Shown: positions 31,283 through 45,635 of the stretch, piece after piece
Numbering within the stretch: the first letter of the stretch is position 1
Layout: each line of letters starts with the position of its first letter
DNA from: Eledone cirrhosa
Lineage: Eukaryota
Direction: 5' to 3'
Assembly (NCBI GenBank): GCA_964016885.1
Contig: OZ024745.1
Coordinates: 20,894,001-20,958,000 of the forward strand
Length of the DNA: 64,000 bases
Program-made: the position numbers and the translations under genes
Notes under the pieces: generated by a model
Databases searched by the model: none
The model's input: only the letters and a program-made list of their open reading frames with translations
What the model was told of the DNA's origin: nothing

Positions 31283-32859
31283 ATATATATATATATAAAC
31301 GTCATCAGTGGAGGTTGAATTTTCGAACTTACGAAGTGCTGAAGAAATAAACGTATGAGATGCAGGGTGCTGAAGCGTATAAATACAACTGTAATCACAC
31401 CCAGTTGCTATTAAATAGCTTATAAAAGCGGGATAAAGACCCCTAGAGACAGAAAAATGTTTCTAGTAGCTGCTACTAAGAATCGAATTCCGTATTTCCC
31501 AGATACCGAATTGGTGCTCTCATAATTGAATTAAGGGATCCCTGACAACATCCTACCGTCACAGTTAAGGAGTTGAATCAAAGAGCATTTGAAAATGTAA
31601 ACAAACATCGTGTGTGAAACTCGAATTTTCGAACTCACGAAGCGCTGAGAGAATAAATTTATAAGAATTTTGTGTGGCAAGACTGGCCACTGTATAACAG
31701 ATACAATTCACATATTCCAGCGTATTGGACTGCACCAACGTAAAATAAAGCCTCTTGCTGAAGGGTACAATGTGTCGCCGGAATCGAACGCTAGACGTTA
31801 AGACATTAAACAGAAATCATTAACCTACGAGCAACGCACATTCACTTCAAATTGACCATCTATAGCAGTGATTCTCAACCAGTGTGCCGCGAGATCTTCC
31901 TAAGTGTGCCGCGAAATTTTGAACGGCAGACTAAGAAAATGCGAAAAACCACGTGATCCCAATTGAGTATTCACAGTCTGTGGTATAACATGTTGCACCA
32001 CATAGCTTTGTTCATTTAAGGATGAGCGAAATGTTTCCAAATGTCGCAATGCTAAAATTCTATATCTTTTATTGTTTCGTTCGTCATTAGTATTGATATT
32101 GGTCAAAACTTGTCTTATGGTGGGACCACCACCACCCCACCTCCGGAAAAAAATATTATATCATGTATCTTTTTTTCACTTTTATGATAGAATCTACCTT
32201 AAAACTGAGACAAATTATATATTTCTTTTTCATCTAGTCCTAATTTTTGCTGAGATATGACCAAAAATGTTTGAAAATAGCGCAATTTTCAGAGTTCTTT
32301 TGAAAAAATCCAAATAAGCTATGAAGATGAGTTTTACATTTTTAGAATCAGAAAACCAGTCATTGTATGAAAACCAGTCATTTTTTTATATTTTGGAAAA
32401 AAAATTGTTATCGTCATTAGTGTGCTGGATAGTAAAAAAACTGAAAAAAAAATCACATTTAAAAAAAAAATAACTATAACATTTCTCAAGGCAGAATTTA
32501 AAAAAAAGGCTTCCGTCCCGATAAAGCTACTATTATAAGGAATGTCTCCTCACAATTTCAAGCAAAAATATCGAGTAGATTTTCTGGAAAGAGCTTTGAA
32601 ATTTTGAGAAGTACCCATTTTGATAAAATTACCTGTAAAGGTTAGAAACACAAATGTCAGCTTCTACCTCTGTTTTGGAACAATCTATGGATGATTCCTC
32701 AGAATTCTTTGGTTCATGCTACTTAATGAGTCCATGTTAGCTTCCCTTTACATATATTTTGTCTTGCTTCATCTCTATATGGCATAATTTCCTAATTTTC
32801 TGGTGAATTGTCCCATCGGAAGAGTGAGATTGACCGCCATAGTTACATTGTGATGGGGG

Positions 32860-32905
32860 AAGGCGTGGTCACGTGATGTGCTGGACCAATCAGCGGGCGC
32901 CATTC
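32860..32905 (+). promoter_or_regulatory. Putative transposase promoter motifs
   Basis: GC-rich patch with gtcacgtga E-box and ccaatca box about 400 bp upstream of the transposase ATG. Confidence 0.35.
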
Positions 32906-33281
32906 GCCGAGTGTAGCCGAAAATGAGGCTTGATGTGCATTTGCTTGTTCAATATGGGTCGATTTTCTGGCTTTTTACACCGGAGAGGGTATAGTAGAGG
33001 TCTGTAGCTGTCTACTGGTGTGTGGAACATAGCAAAAATGGCGGATTTACGATGTGTTATCAGTGCTCAAACATTGACTATTTTGTGCGTAATACATCGA
33101 AAATTGATTATTTCCAGAAATGGTCTCATAAAACATCAATTTTACGTAGGAAGACATATTTTTATTGTTTTGCTGTGTTTGTACACGAAAGAGAATGCTT
33201 TGTGGGACTGAAAGACACTGACATCTCAATATAGACAATCCTACCCAAAACTATCATATTGATATTTCATGACCATTCACA

Positions 33282-35106
33282 ATGGATATATATTTGAAAA
33301 GGAAAGATATTACTGACGAGTCTAATTCCAGAGGCGAACAACTATCAACCTCTATTGTCAAAAAGAGAAACATTAATCAACAATATTGTGGAAATTATTT
33401 GAAATTTGGATTTTATTGATCTGGTGACGTTGACAAACCAAGTCCATCATGCGTAGTGTGCGGTGAAACAATGTCAAATGAATCCATGGTACCAAGTAAG
33501 TTAGAAAGACATTTTAATTCAAAACATTCATCTCTGAAACATAAAAAGCTTGATTACTTCTTTGGAATCAAAACAGCGAAGTTATTTTGTAAAAATAATG
33601 ACCGTGTCTAAACGAGCCCAACAAGCGTCAATTCAGGTGGCTGAAATAATAGCATTAAAATCTAAATCCCACACGCTTGCTGAGTCAGTCATCCTCCCAG
33701 CTTGCAAAAAGATGGTAAAATCCATGTTTGGTGAAAAGGCTGAGAAGGAATTGAACAATATCCCGCTTTCAAATGATAGAATACGTAGAAGAATCCTAGA
33801 TATATCGAAATATATTGAAGACAATGTTCAGAAAAAGTTTAAGAATTTTAATTTTGCTTTAACCGTGGATGAATCCACTGATATCAGTGATAAAAGTCAA
33901 TTGCTTGCATTTGTACGTTTTATTGACGAGAATGAAATAATCAATCGATTTTTGTGCTGTAAAGAAATGTCCACAATTACAAGAGGTCAAGATATTTTGG
34001 ATTTGATAACAGGCTACATCAAAGAAATGAATTTGTATTGGCAATCTTGTGTTGGCATTTGTACCGATAGAGCCCCATGTAAAACAGGCTGTATTAAAGA
34101 TTTGTATTCCTCGTAGAAAAAGAAAGTCCAAATCTCATTCGTACTCATTGCTTTCTACATAGCGAAGTTCTTGTTTCAAAAATATCGCAGGAAGATTTAA
34201 AGGTTGTGTTACATCAAGTTGTTGGAATGGTCAATTATATAAGTAGTAGGCCATTGAAGTCACGATTATTGGAACAACTGTGCAAAGAGATGGACTCTCA
34301 GCATATTAAGTTATTAATGCACACTGAGGTTCGCTGGCTGTCGTAAGGCAAAGTACTAAATCGTGTTCACGAACTGCGCAAGGAATTACTATCATTTTTT
34401 CTCCAGGAAAAGCAGGAAAAATTCTGTGAATACCTTAGTTGCGAATTTTGGATGTCTAAAATGGAATACCTAACAGAAATATTTAGTGAAATAAATAAAA
34501 CAAACAGTAGTAGGCAAGGTAAAAAACGAAAATATTCTCACTTCAACAGACAAGTTAGTTACCCTCAAAAAGAAAATTGTGATTTGGAAAAAAAGAGCAA
34601 TCACTGGCAATCTTGATATGTTCCCTTTATTGCGTTCTACCTGTATTAGAGAAATGATCCCTCTGGTGGTTACTCATCTGACAGCCCTGGACGAAAGCAT
34701 CAACAATTACTTTCCGTCATTAAAGACAGAAAAGTATGATTGGATTAGAGATCCTTTCATAAATCATTCCTCCGACATTGAATTTGAGTTACAGGAAGAA
34801 GAAGAATTGGCCACCCTTTCTAGTGACCGAGGGTTAAAATTAAAATATTCGACTCTGCCCATTGATTCATTTTGGATTTCAATTTAAGAGGAGTATCCCA
34901 TATTATGTAAAAGAGCTTTAGCAATTTTATTACAACTTTCAACTTCTTATATATGTGAATTAGGCTTCTCAACATTAAACAACATCAAAAACAAGAAGCG
35001 TTAGAGATTACGTAAAACAGAAGAAGAAATGAGGGTGTGTCTGTCTCATATTCGACCAAACATTGAGGAAATTATGAATAAAAGCCAGACACAAATTTCT
35101 CAATAA
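33282..35106 (+). pseudogene. Disrupted hAT Buster/Charlie transposase (ZBED5/SCAND3-like)
   Basis: MDIYLKRK start; BED finger CVVC...LERHFNSKH; VDESTD; ICTD; THCFLH; HTEVRWLS*GK; STSYICELGFS; several stops and frameshifts. Confidence 0.93.
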
Positions 35107-36284
35107 AGAAGCCAGCTATTTGACTGATGAAATTCGAAATACTGCAATAAAGTAAGTTCATAGCTGTGCTTTTCTTTATTTAGTTTGTGTCAAGTTCATA
35201 GCTGTGTTTTTCTTTATTTAGTTTGAGACTTTCTATGTGTCTATAACTAGTCTGTGTCTACGGTTGTATGCCGTCTATGACTTGCCATGTTTTTATTTTG
35301 TAAAATTCAAACATTTTTCATATATATTTAGCCAGGTGTGCCGCTATTTTTTCATGTGTTCCAAGGTGTGCCGTTGGCAAAAAAAAGGTTGAGGACCACT
35401 GATCTATAGCATTTATATATTTTCACTCAGTCCCACCTTTCTAAATATAAATCTAATGTATTGATATGAGATTGAAGGAAGGAAAGAATCTCTGTATTTG
35501 TGAGTTGGCGTTTGAAACAGTGATAAGCAAAGATTTTAACAGATAATCAAAGTGTTTACGGAAATGAAGTGAGTGCTGGAGATAAAGCGTTTAAATTGAC
35601 GGCATATAACATATTTTAAGAGTACATGTATGTGTACCGGTAGAAGAAACAAATTAGCAGAGGTGTTAGAACCTCAGGTAGAATAATCTATGGTATTTGC
35701 TCTCTGAGTTCAAATCTCAGAAGGCAATTTTGTTCTGTCATTCTTTCGAGGTCGATATGAGATATATCAGTCCAGTACTAGGGTCAATTCTCTCTCTCCT
35801 TCTCTCTCTCACCTTTTCTGGAAGAAATCGGTTGCGTCCAGACGACGAGAGATTCTGGTCCATTTATACATACGTGTGTTCACATCTGTGATGTATGTTC
35901 ATGTGTATATAGATGACACTGCTATTGTCTATACACAAAAAAGCATTTATAATTTTTTGCATTATCATTGTTTGAGGGTCCTCTGAAAAGTTCAAAAGCT
36001 GACCAAGATACTTTCATGGAATGACCAAATAAGGTTTATTTTTCAACATAGTCCTTGGATTGAAACAATTAATAAGAAGAGTTGAAATTAATGCATGCAA
36101 GATTTAACAGTTCTAGCATCACTCCTTCATAGTCAGCTTAAGAACCTTTCATCCCACCGTCCTACAATTTTCTATCGTTCCAGATAAACTCTTACTAAGA
36201 TTAATTATGAAAATGTGTTTAAATAGTAACCATCACCTCTCTCCTTTCGTTGGTTGTTTTTTTTTAGACAAATTATCAAAATAT

Positions 36285-36318
<34 letters not shown>

Positions 36319-36331
36319 AAGAGAGAGAGAG

Positions 36332-36603
36332 AGAATTTAGTATATCTACTAACATATGCGTACAGATGTACGCTAATGCTAGCAAATACACAGGTTATGT
36401 CATAGTACCTAGGTGGTTCAATGCAGGAGGATGCAGAACAATAATATAAAAGACGTAAAATAAGAAAATTTTAAAAAATTAAAAAAATTAACTCACTTAC
36501 TAAAATTTTCACTCCAACTAATTAGTTTCTGCAATGGGATAAAGACAGTTACGTAATATAACTGTCGATAATTCATTGCGTCATCAGGGAGTCTATTCTC
36601 AGG
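36332..36603 (-). mobile_element. Family J pseudo-LTR plus tail with hammerhead (36511-36592)
   Basis: Minus strand ACTCC-CTGATGA-cgcaatg..gacagtta..taactgtc..cattgca-GAAAC-TAATTA-GTT-GGAGT; homologous to 48558-49425. Confidence 0.8.
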
Positions 36604-36694
36604 TGAGTTGGAAGTCCAGTAGGGATAGGGATCCGCGGTCATCGGGGTGTTCCATGCTGAACTTTATACTGGCGTCCATGCTGGAGAATGTTGT

Positions 36695-37477
36695 GTATAA
36701 GTTCAGCATGGAACACCCCGATGACCGCGGATCCCTATCCCTACTGGACTTCCAACTCAGGGTAACAGAGGAAGGCAACATCCACACCTGCTTCTATAAA
36801 AAAACCCGCCAGCAGGGACCTGTTACATAAAGAACGAACTGGCACGTATCAAGAACAAATGCACCGACGCAAGAGACCGAGACACACACACCACACATTT
36901 CCTGGAAGTACTCAAACTGAACGGATACACGACATCCACCACAAACCGTGCCAGAAAGAACAGAGGACACCACACCCGAGGCACTAACACTTGCTTCCTG
37001 AAGCTCCCACACTTCAGTGAAGAAACAACAACAGCCATCCGCAGAGCTATCAGACGAGAGGGACTGGATATCCAACTGGCCCACTCGGATCCTTCTCTGC
37101 GCGGACGGCTGGCCAAGAGACACTCCACCAGACATGACAACTGCTGCAGACTAGCCAACTGCCCCATCAACGACACAGACCTATGCCACCAGGCTTACGT
37201 AGTATACAGACTAGAGTGTGACAAATGCAACAACTTCTACGTAGGTAGCACCACCAGACCACTCCACATAAGAATAAAAGAACACCTCAATACTAACGCT
37301 TCCTCATTTAAGAAACACCTAGTTAAATGCAAAAACACCGATAAAAACATAACAGTTAGGATAGAAACTAAGGAAAGAAACCTCGGCAATCTTAGAATTA
37401 AGGAAGCACTTATTATAGATAGAACACATCCACCAATCAATAATAGACTAGAGCTCAACACCCAATTTATAACCTGA
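36695..37477 (+). pseudogene. Penelope-like element: RT C-terminus, linker and GIY-YIG endonuclease, internally deleted
   Basis: KFSMEHPDDRGSLSLLDFQL...FYKK; LKLPHFSE; CRLANCPI...CHQAYVVYRLECDKCNNFYVGSTTRPLHIRIKEH...LRIKEALII...PPINNRLEL. Confidence 0.92.
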
Positions 37478-37885
37478 TAGGGCCTCTAGCCCCATTTTTA
37501 CACACCCCACACACACGCACGCGCACACACACACGCTTACACCTCCACTTATTCTCTCTCACACGTACACACACAAAACCAGTTCTAACACCAGATAACA
37601 CCTACCCCCCACTTTTACGATTAGACCTATCTTCCCACACTCACACACACACACCCACATACCTACACCTTCATGCATTCTCCCACACACATATACAGGC
37701 ACGTATATATAATTAAAAAAAAAACAACAAAAAACCCCTAAACAAACCCCTCTTAAAGGGAGACTACTCTTTATCCACCTAATTTTAATTCTTTGATATT
37801 AGAGTTAGAACAGATACTCTATACTATTTCCGGTCAGCATGGCTTGGCTAGAGATTTAAAGACGCTGGTTTGAGACCTTTACTTC

Positions 37886-37920
37886 CCTCCGAAGAAGAGA
37901 TATTATCTCGAAAATTAAGG
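37886..37920 (+). ncRNA. Minimal hammerhead variant in the PLE 3' region
   Basis: CCT-CCGAAGA-aGAGATAtTATCTC-GAAA-ATTA-AGG; similar degenerate motifs near 55243-55276 (+) and 63620-63660 (-). Confidence 0.55.
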
Positions 37921-38082
37921 ACATTTAAATAAATTCAAGGTGAAAGATGAATTCACATCAATATCTTTCATTATTGCATTCTTTTTTCTATGTCCATACC
38001 TGCATTGTCTTGGCCTTATTACACATATTCAAACGTTTATACCTCATTACACAATGCTTCAAGTGAACTATAACCTCCTCCA

Positions 38083-38228
<146 letters not shown>

Positions 38229-38423
38229 TAAAATAACAGATTAAAGTTTTGATTTTAGTCTTCAAATTTATTATTATTACTATATATATATATATATATG
38301 TAGGAGGTGAGTTTTATTGTAGTACAATAAAGCAATGCAGATATCGGATAAGAAGCACTCTACAGTTGATTTAAAACTGCACTATCCACAAGTGTTTTTT
38401 AGCCTTCATATCATGTTCTCCTG

Positions 38424-38490
38424 TTTTATCTGATGAAAACACAAATATTATTGCATGATGATGTTTGTTTTTGAAATGCGCATAATAAAA
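38424..38490 (+). ncRNA. Type I hammerhead in a (TA)n-bounded insert (38300-38530)
   Basis: TTTTAT-CTGATGA-AT-rich stem II-GAA-ATGCGCAT-A-ATAAAA. Confidence 0.75.
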
Positions 38491-38522
38491 TACATGGAAC
38501 TCCTTTAACCATCTTTTGATCT

Positions 38523-38559
<37 letters not shown>

Positions 38560-38780
38560 TAGATAGATAGATATAGATATATATATAGCAATTAACATCG
38601 TATAGATGTAGGTGATCTTTCGGCTTTTTACGAAGCGCTAAGGAGATAAGGTTAACATAAAAAATTCGGTGATGCGCGGAGCCGCTATAAAATGCCAACA
38701 TCTTTTTTCCATCTTTAAGGGTTCTCCCCCTGATTTATAAGCTATTTTACTACATCTCCGCACATGACCATATCATTCTT

Positions 38781-38842
<62 letters not shown>

Positions 38843-38849
<7 letters not shown>

Positions 38850-38970
38850 ACAGATTAAACTTTAATCTGTAATTTTATAAATATTTGCTCTACGGTTCTT
38901 ATATATTTGATATATATTTATCCTTATCGAGCCCTCTTTGGATTTTAGTCTTCAAATTTATTATTATTAC
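38843..38970 (+). mobile_element. Family H short hairpin/tail cassette; other copies at 38228-38280 and 53502-53688
   Basis: aaaataacagattaaa / tttaatctgt(t/a)atttt arms and shared tail ending tttattattattac. Confidence 0.8.
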
Positions 38971-39069
<99 letters not shown>

Positions 39070-39296
39070 ATTGAGCTGCCACACAGTTCCTGTCTATCAC
39101 ATTTCACTAACAATTCATTGGTCAACCCGAGATTACAGATGAAGAAACTTGTCCGCGATGTCGTGCGGTGAATTACAAGTTGAAATCACGTTGCGGAGAC
39201 AACTTCTTGAACAAACAGTCATGCCTATGTATATATATATATATGTATATATGTTTGTTTTGCACGTTCATGTATGTGTGTACGCATGTGGGTACA

Positions 39297-39355
<59 letters not shown>

Positions 39356-39658
39356 AGTTATCTATATCCCTTCCGTCGTAAGTACTAGAGTGATTCCTTC
39401 AAGCTTATTTACTCTGTTGGTAAGATTTTCTACGCCTCAGGCTTATCTCTGTAAAAATTCCTACCTCATCCTTTACCCATCCACACACATTAATCTGGAC
39501 TTTACTCCCCCACTTACTCATACCTTCTCCTCCTCTTTCCCTAATGGCTTCATTGATGAAAACAGTGTGAATTAGAAATAGAAAACACTACACTACTGAT
39601 GGAAATATATCTATGTCAAAAATCACACCCACTCCAACAGTGCATATGCTATACACCC

Positions 39659-39736
<78 letters not shown>

Positions 39737-39771
39737 ATATATACATGCATATATATATATATGTATGGATA

Positions 39772-39881
<110 letters not shown>

Positions 39882-40734
39882 CACACCCATATATATATAT
39901 ATGTATCAATATATATATTTATTCATATATATATATATGTTGTGTGCGAGTATGTGTGTGTGTGTTTACATTACGAGTTTGTGTATATTGTGCGTTACTG
40001 TGTGAAAGCGTTAGCGTTGACTTGTCATAGCTACATTTACAAATAAGCTTGTCCGACACAAGCAAACACATTACCCTCAACTACCACCACACAGACGTGT
40101 TCGCTGAAAAGGCCAGACAAGCAAACACTAGTGGCTGCTCAAAGAAATATTCATAGACACTAGCACCTGTTCACGGTTATACATATACACATATGCAGAA
40201 ATACATACATTTACAGACGCAAACAGACGTCACATATATAAGTGCAGACGTTGTCCAACCTGTTTGCAGGATATTTACCTGCCCTTAACGGTCATATAGG
40301 AAATGTGTCCTTGATAAACTTTGCTCTAAACCACTTTTTATAGCACCGTATTTTGTTTACCGTTGCTGCCATCTGGTACTTCTAACATTATATTCGTCTG
40401 AATATAAGGCGCCCATATCATTGTTTGGTGCTTTAAAAAATTCGCTTTTGTATTACTTTGCCCCGAGCTCGGTCCTTCAGTGGGTCTCCTTGGGCTATAA
40501 TTGAAAAAGGGTCTAAAAACATAACGTGAGGGAATGGTTAAGATCTTCGTTTTGAAACCCAACCGTTCTGCGTTTGATTCCACTGAGCAACAGATGGGTC
40601 AAGTGGCTTCTAACATAGTATAGAGCTGGAATTAATTATTCACCAATGGCGAATAAAATATAAGGTTCGATGAAATCCTATTGAATTAAACTTAGTAGAG
40701 GAAAAGTTACGGATGTGTATTATTATTCAGAATA

Positions 40735-40915
40735 TAATTGGCAGCAACGGTAGAGGGTTGGACGCCATGCTGTCTAGCATAGTTACGTTCCTTTACGGTT
40801 TGAGTTCAAATCACGCCGAGGTTAACTTTGCCTTACATCCTTACGAGGTCGATAAAATAAAGTACCAGTAATGTACTGGGTAATTGCTGGCCTTGTGCCA
40901 AAAGTAGAAACACAT
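40735..40915 (+). mobile_element. tRNA-derived SINE
   Basis: Family consensus; flanking tattattcaga repeat. Confidence 0.88.
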
Positions 40916-43433
40916 ATTATTCAGAGTACACTAAGAAATGCATTTTGGGGTTAGAAGCTAGGCTAGTGCTCAATAAATTAATTCTCAAAGATTTATAGTA
41001 TGTAAACTAAATAAACAGTTCGTGTTATGAACATACCAAAATAAATCAATATATTTTCCTGGGGTTCCTCATGTTTCTGGCTTAATTAAAAGTCCAGCTT
41101 CGAGCTTCATTAGTCGGAATTATAGAAACGTCGACTTCATTTTTTCAGGTTAAATATACTCACAACGATAAATCCAGTAAGATGCCAGAATTACTCGAAA
41201 CTTCATAAAACTTCCTGTCTTGAATACTTAAGCGCCTTATTACATTGTAGAATGTTCAATAAATACAGTTCTACGTGTATTTAGTGCTATAAATATATGG
41301 GAAATATACTGTATTTGTCGGTCTATGTGACGCCCCTTTGTATAAGAGTTTACAAAGACATATTGAGAAAAAAAAATTTTGTACATTTCTTTATAATTTT
41401 ATTAGAAATTATTTCATTGTTTTCTCAGAAACTCTTATCTGATTTAGGTATGCATCATTTTGTTTATATAAATTGCATTGTATTACTCAAGTATTAATAC
41501 TAATAGTAATACAAACTAAATTATTTTAACTATGATCCTCCTCACTCTCCGTTCGGCATCCCATTTATGATACCGGCATATTGAACGCAGGGAAGATGTT
41601 TTATATGTTTTGCTTTTTTAAAGTGCCTCCAATAGGCCGACATATACAGTATATTGTGAGACTTGGCTGCAATCTCTGATTGGTAAAGCGAATGCGCATG
41701 GCTCTCCTCGTTGAATCTATATTTAAAGTGATCGCTGTTTATAAACCCAGAGAATCCTACAGGCTATTATACCTTATAATATCACAAAAAACATTTCCCC
41801 CGTTTCTCTAAGATCGTTAACACTTGACAACTAGTTATTTGTTGGCCATATCATTCTTCGAGATATCACCATTCCTCCAACAAGGTGGCGAATTAACATA
41901 GTCGTTAGAACGGAGTATTAAAAATACTTCGTATTTTTCCCGTTTATTACGCGAGGTCAGATTCGCCTTTTATCTTTTTGAGGTCAAAAAATAAAAGTAA
42001 GTCTAGTATTGGGGTCGATTCTTCTTATGTTTCTCTTGATCATTTTATCTCATTCTTTATATGGAAATTGGCTGCATTTGGACTTGTAGAGTGTATAGGC
42101 TTCACCAGGTGTTAAATGCTCAATAGACGCCATATATCAGGACGATGCCTCGTTCACACTATCAGGAGTAAATGGCTTTTTTCATTTTTTACATTTTTCC
42201 AGTGAACATTTAAAAGCCAGTATGAAACTGATTTGGTTTAACTTCCACGTAGTTTTAGAAAAGAATGACCATATGCTCTACAAGAAATAAAATAGTGTCT
42301 GTTATTTCCAAACGACCCTACCATCAAAGACAATCGGTAGCGTATTATGGTTTATTTACATCCAAGATAACCTTATACAATGTGCTTCATTTCTTAAAGA
42401 TAATACTTTCCAAACGTCGTTTAACTCGGAAATTTATGAAGCGTTATAAATAATTTCTATACGTATTTAGAAACAAATGAGGTACATTTTGATAAGTTCT
42501 GAGAATATAATAGTATGAAGAAAAGGAGAATTACTTGTGAATGGCATGTGTGATATAAATAAAGTTTGGTATTAGTTGCGTATCGTGGTAGACTACTGTA
42601 TGCTATTCTCTTGCCTTGATAAACCTTGCTGTTGATAAACCTTTCATGGTGTAACAAACATTCCAATGCAAGCTCTCTTCTAGAAAAGTTAAGATCATCC
42701 AACGATGGGAGTTTATACATTATATAAAGCAGCCTATGTTCGTACTTAAATGAGCTACCCCTAGACTTCACTAGGGCTGGTAATTATATACAGTGATAAT
42801 TTGTACTCGACCTCAGCAGGATTTGAACTCAGGATGGAAAGAGTCACAAGAAATACCACAATGGTATTCTATTAATTCTGCCTATCCACCACGCTTATAT
42901 CCGATATTCGTAATAATAAGTAAACAAGAAATAAAATTCCATGAAAATTGAATTCTTGTCTATTGCGAGTAGAATTTCCCATAAGAAGAAATTCAACGTC
43001 GCAAAGAGTGAGAACCAAATATTCGTCCATTTCAGAATGCTGTCTTAATTTTGAGTGAGGAGTCATATTACTCACGAGTGAGAAATCACATTACTCATGG
43101 TACACAGTTTTAGAAAGATTCGGTCGTTGAATGTTGTGCCAGCCATAGGCATTATAGAATATTGGGGACGTTATAAGAACCACCGTTTCTACTTACAATG
43201 GATAGTTAGTTGTCCAGGACTTGAAATCCTCGAGCCTATGTGTCTCTTGAAACCAACTCTGCTAAATTCATATTAACGCTTTCGCATCAGCGAAGAGATC
43301 GTGTTTCACATTCGATATGATATGTCCTCACAATAAGCATATTAACCTCAAGTTCAGAGCTTCGTAGAATCAAATAGAGTTGAAGATGCTGCACGTAAAG
43401 AGTGTCAAATTTAGCAGCCAAGCATAGACAAAA

Positions 43434-43958
43434 TAATTGTTTCTACTTTTGGCACAAGGCCAACAATTATCCTAGTGTATTACTGGTACTTTATCTTACC
43501 GACTCCGAAAGGCAAAGTTAGCCTCGGCAGGATTTGAACTCAGACCATAAAGGGCCGTAACTCTTTGCTGCAAAACATGGCGTCCTATCCTCTACCGATA
43601 CTGCCAATCCACTGCCCCTAGAGTTTCTACTTTTGGCACAAGGCCAGCGATTATCCCAGTGTATCACTGGTACTTTATTTTACCGACCTCGTAGGATGAA
43701 AGGCAAAATTAACCTCGGCGGATTTGAACTCAGAACGCAAATGGCCATAACTATGCTGCAAAGCATAGTGTCTGACGCTCTACCGATACTGCCAAAAAAC
43801 AGCCCTACAAAATAATTGTTTCTACTTTAGGCACAAGGCCAGCAATTACCCAGTGCATTACTGGTACTTTATTTTATCGACCCCGTAAGGATGAAAGGCA
43901 AAGTCAACCTCGGCGGGATTTGAACTCAGATCGTAAAGGGACGTAACTATGCTGGAAA
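43434..43958 (-). mobile_element. Three tandem SINE copies
   Basis: Consensus repeated at 43434, 43624 and 43813; agccctacaaaataat duplicated at 43801 and 43958. Confidence 0.9.
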
Positions 43959-44283
43959 GCCCTACAAAATAATGATAGTTTCCATCATGTAAAACCGTTC
44001 CCTTTCTCTTATTTCCTTTCTCTCACGCTCCCTCTAACTTTACACACACGCCGTCGAAGAAACAACACCATACGTTCGGCCGGCTCCCTGTGTCATGTAA
44101 TGAAAAACCTTTTTCGGAGAAATTATTTGATTTTTCCAAATTTAAACGTTTTTGAGGGAACTTTCAATGTTTTTTTAGTTTTTGCCGTCTGAAGAGCCCA
44201 GGCTATCTTAACTGATAGTCCTCAGTGAAATATGTATAAGTGAGTTTTAGATAAGCCTGAATATGGCTTCTGAACTTTTATTA

Positions 44284-44409
<126 letters not shown>

Positions 44410-44492
44410 TCATATTCATGTGTATGTGCGTGTGAAAATATGTTTGTACATATATATGTTCATGAAAATGTGAAAATGTATATATATATATA

Positions 44493-44850
44493 TATAAAGA
44501 TAAAAAGATGAAATCGAAAATGCAACTGGAGTCTTATTTTAAAAAAAATATATATATTTATTTGGTTCCTTTACCGGTTTCGCAGTTCTTCTGCTTTTCA
44601 AAAGTAGAGTTGAGATGGATGGTCTGTGGTTTTTCTCACAGATGTGAGAAAAACCACAGACCATCCATCTCAACTCTACTTTTGAAAAGCAGAAGAACTG
44701 CGAAACCGGTAAAGGAACCAAATAAATATATATATTTTTTTAAAAATAAGACTCCAGTTGCATTTTCGATTTCATCTTTTTTTCTTTATACTTTCACTTG
44801 TGTAGGACACCTCGGTTATTTTTCATTTTGTAAAAAAACCTCACTTTCTA
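44493..44850 (+). mobile_element. Family B hairpin/tail cassette, second copy
   Basis: ~148-bp arms, 2-nt loop at 44641-44642, tail 44791-44850, (TA)n flanks. Confidence 0.88.
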
Positions 44851-44924
<74 letters not shown>

Positions 44925-45304
44925 ATGTACGTATGTATGCATGTATGCTCATTTGTATGAATGAATCTATCTATTTATGTAGCTGCCTATTATCTATCTA
45001 TGCAAGCATATATGTATGTGTGTATGTATGTGTGTATGTATGTGCGTATGCATGTATGTATGTGTATATATGTAAAGTTGCATGCATTTCTAAAATATAC
45101 AAACCTGAAAAAACGTTATCTAAATGAAACAAAGCACAATACATAAGGATATCTTGTGCGTAATTAAACTATAAGGTGTTAGTGTGTAAGCTTCATCATC
45201 TTGGTTGATTTTAGATATTATGGTTCACTGAAAACAGCAGTCACTACCCTACTTCTTTTAGTACATAGAGTTCTATTTATTGAAAGCTATATGGAAGATA
45301 ATCG

Positions 45305-45635
45305 CAGGGGAGTAACTAGAGCTTGGCAAGCATGGCACGAGCCATGGGCACCATTTGAAATGGGTGCCACATGGATTAGGAACACTTTCTATTAAAGTCA
45401 GATAAGCTATCGTTGGAGAGTGAGAAAAGAAACTTCTTCGGATGTATGACCAGTCTTTGATTATAATCAAAGAATGGTCATACATCCGAAGAAGTTTCTT
45501 TTTTATTATGGGTAGGAAGCACTATGGATGCTGGAACATTAAGCCATTTATAAAGAAAGATAGGTGTCTGATGTTTGAGCAGGAGCGCAATTTCATTGAT
45601 TGCTACGCGTGCTATTTTCCTTAGTTACCCCTCTG
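45305..45635. mobile_element. hAT-type MITE with internal 78-bp palindrome
   Basis: TIRs caggggagtaacta / tagttacccctctg; decayed 8-bp TSD gataatcg / ggtactcc; palindrome 45425-45502. Confidence 0.6.

Larger units (their letters stand above)
31866..35401 (+). mobile_element. Full-length hAT (Charlie/Buster) DNA transposon
   Basis: TIRs cagtgattctcaacc / ggttgaggaccactg; perfect 8-bp TSD atctatag (31858-31865, 35402-35409); subterminal gtgtgccg repeats at both ends. Confidence 0.95.

Noticed and set aside
32110-32640. Possible nested element within the hAT 5' region
   Set aside because: No clear TIR or TSD pair could be read
40338-42771. Non-repetitive ORFs 40338..40583 and 42457..42771 (minus)
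   Set aside because: No recognisable domain or convincing splice-site pair; cannot be supported without a homology search
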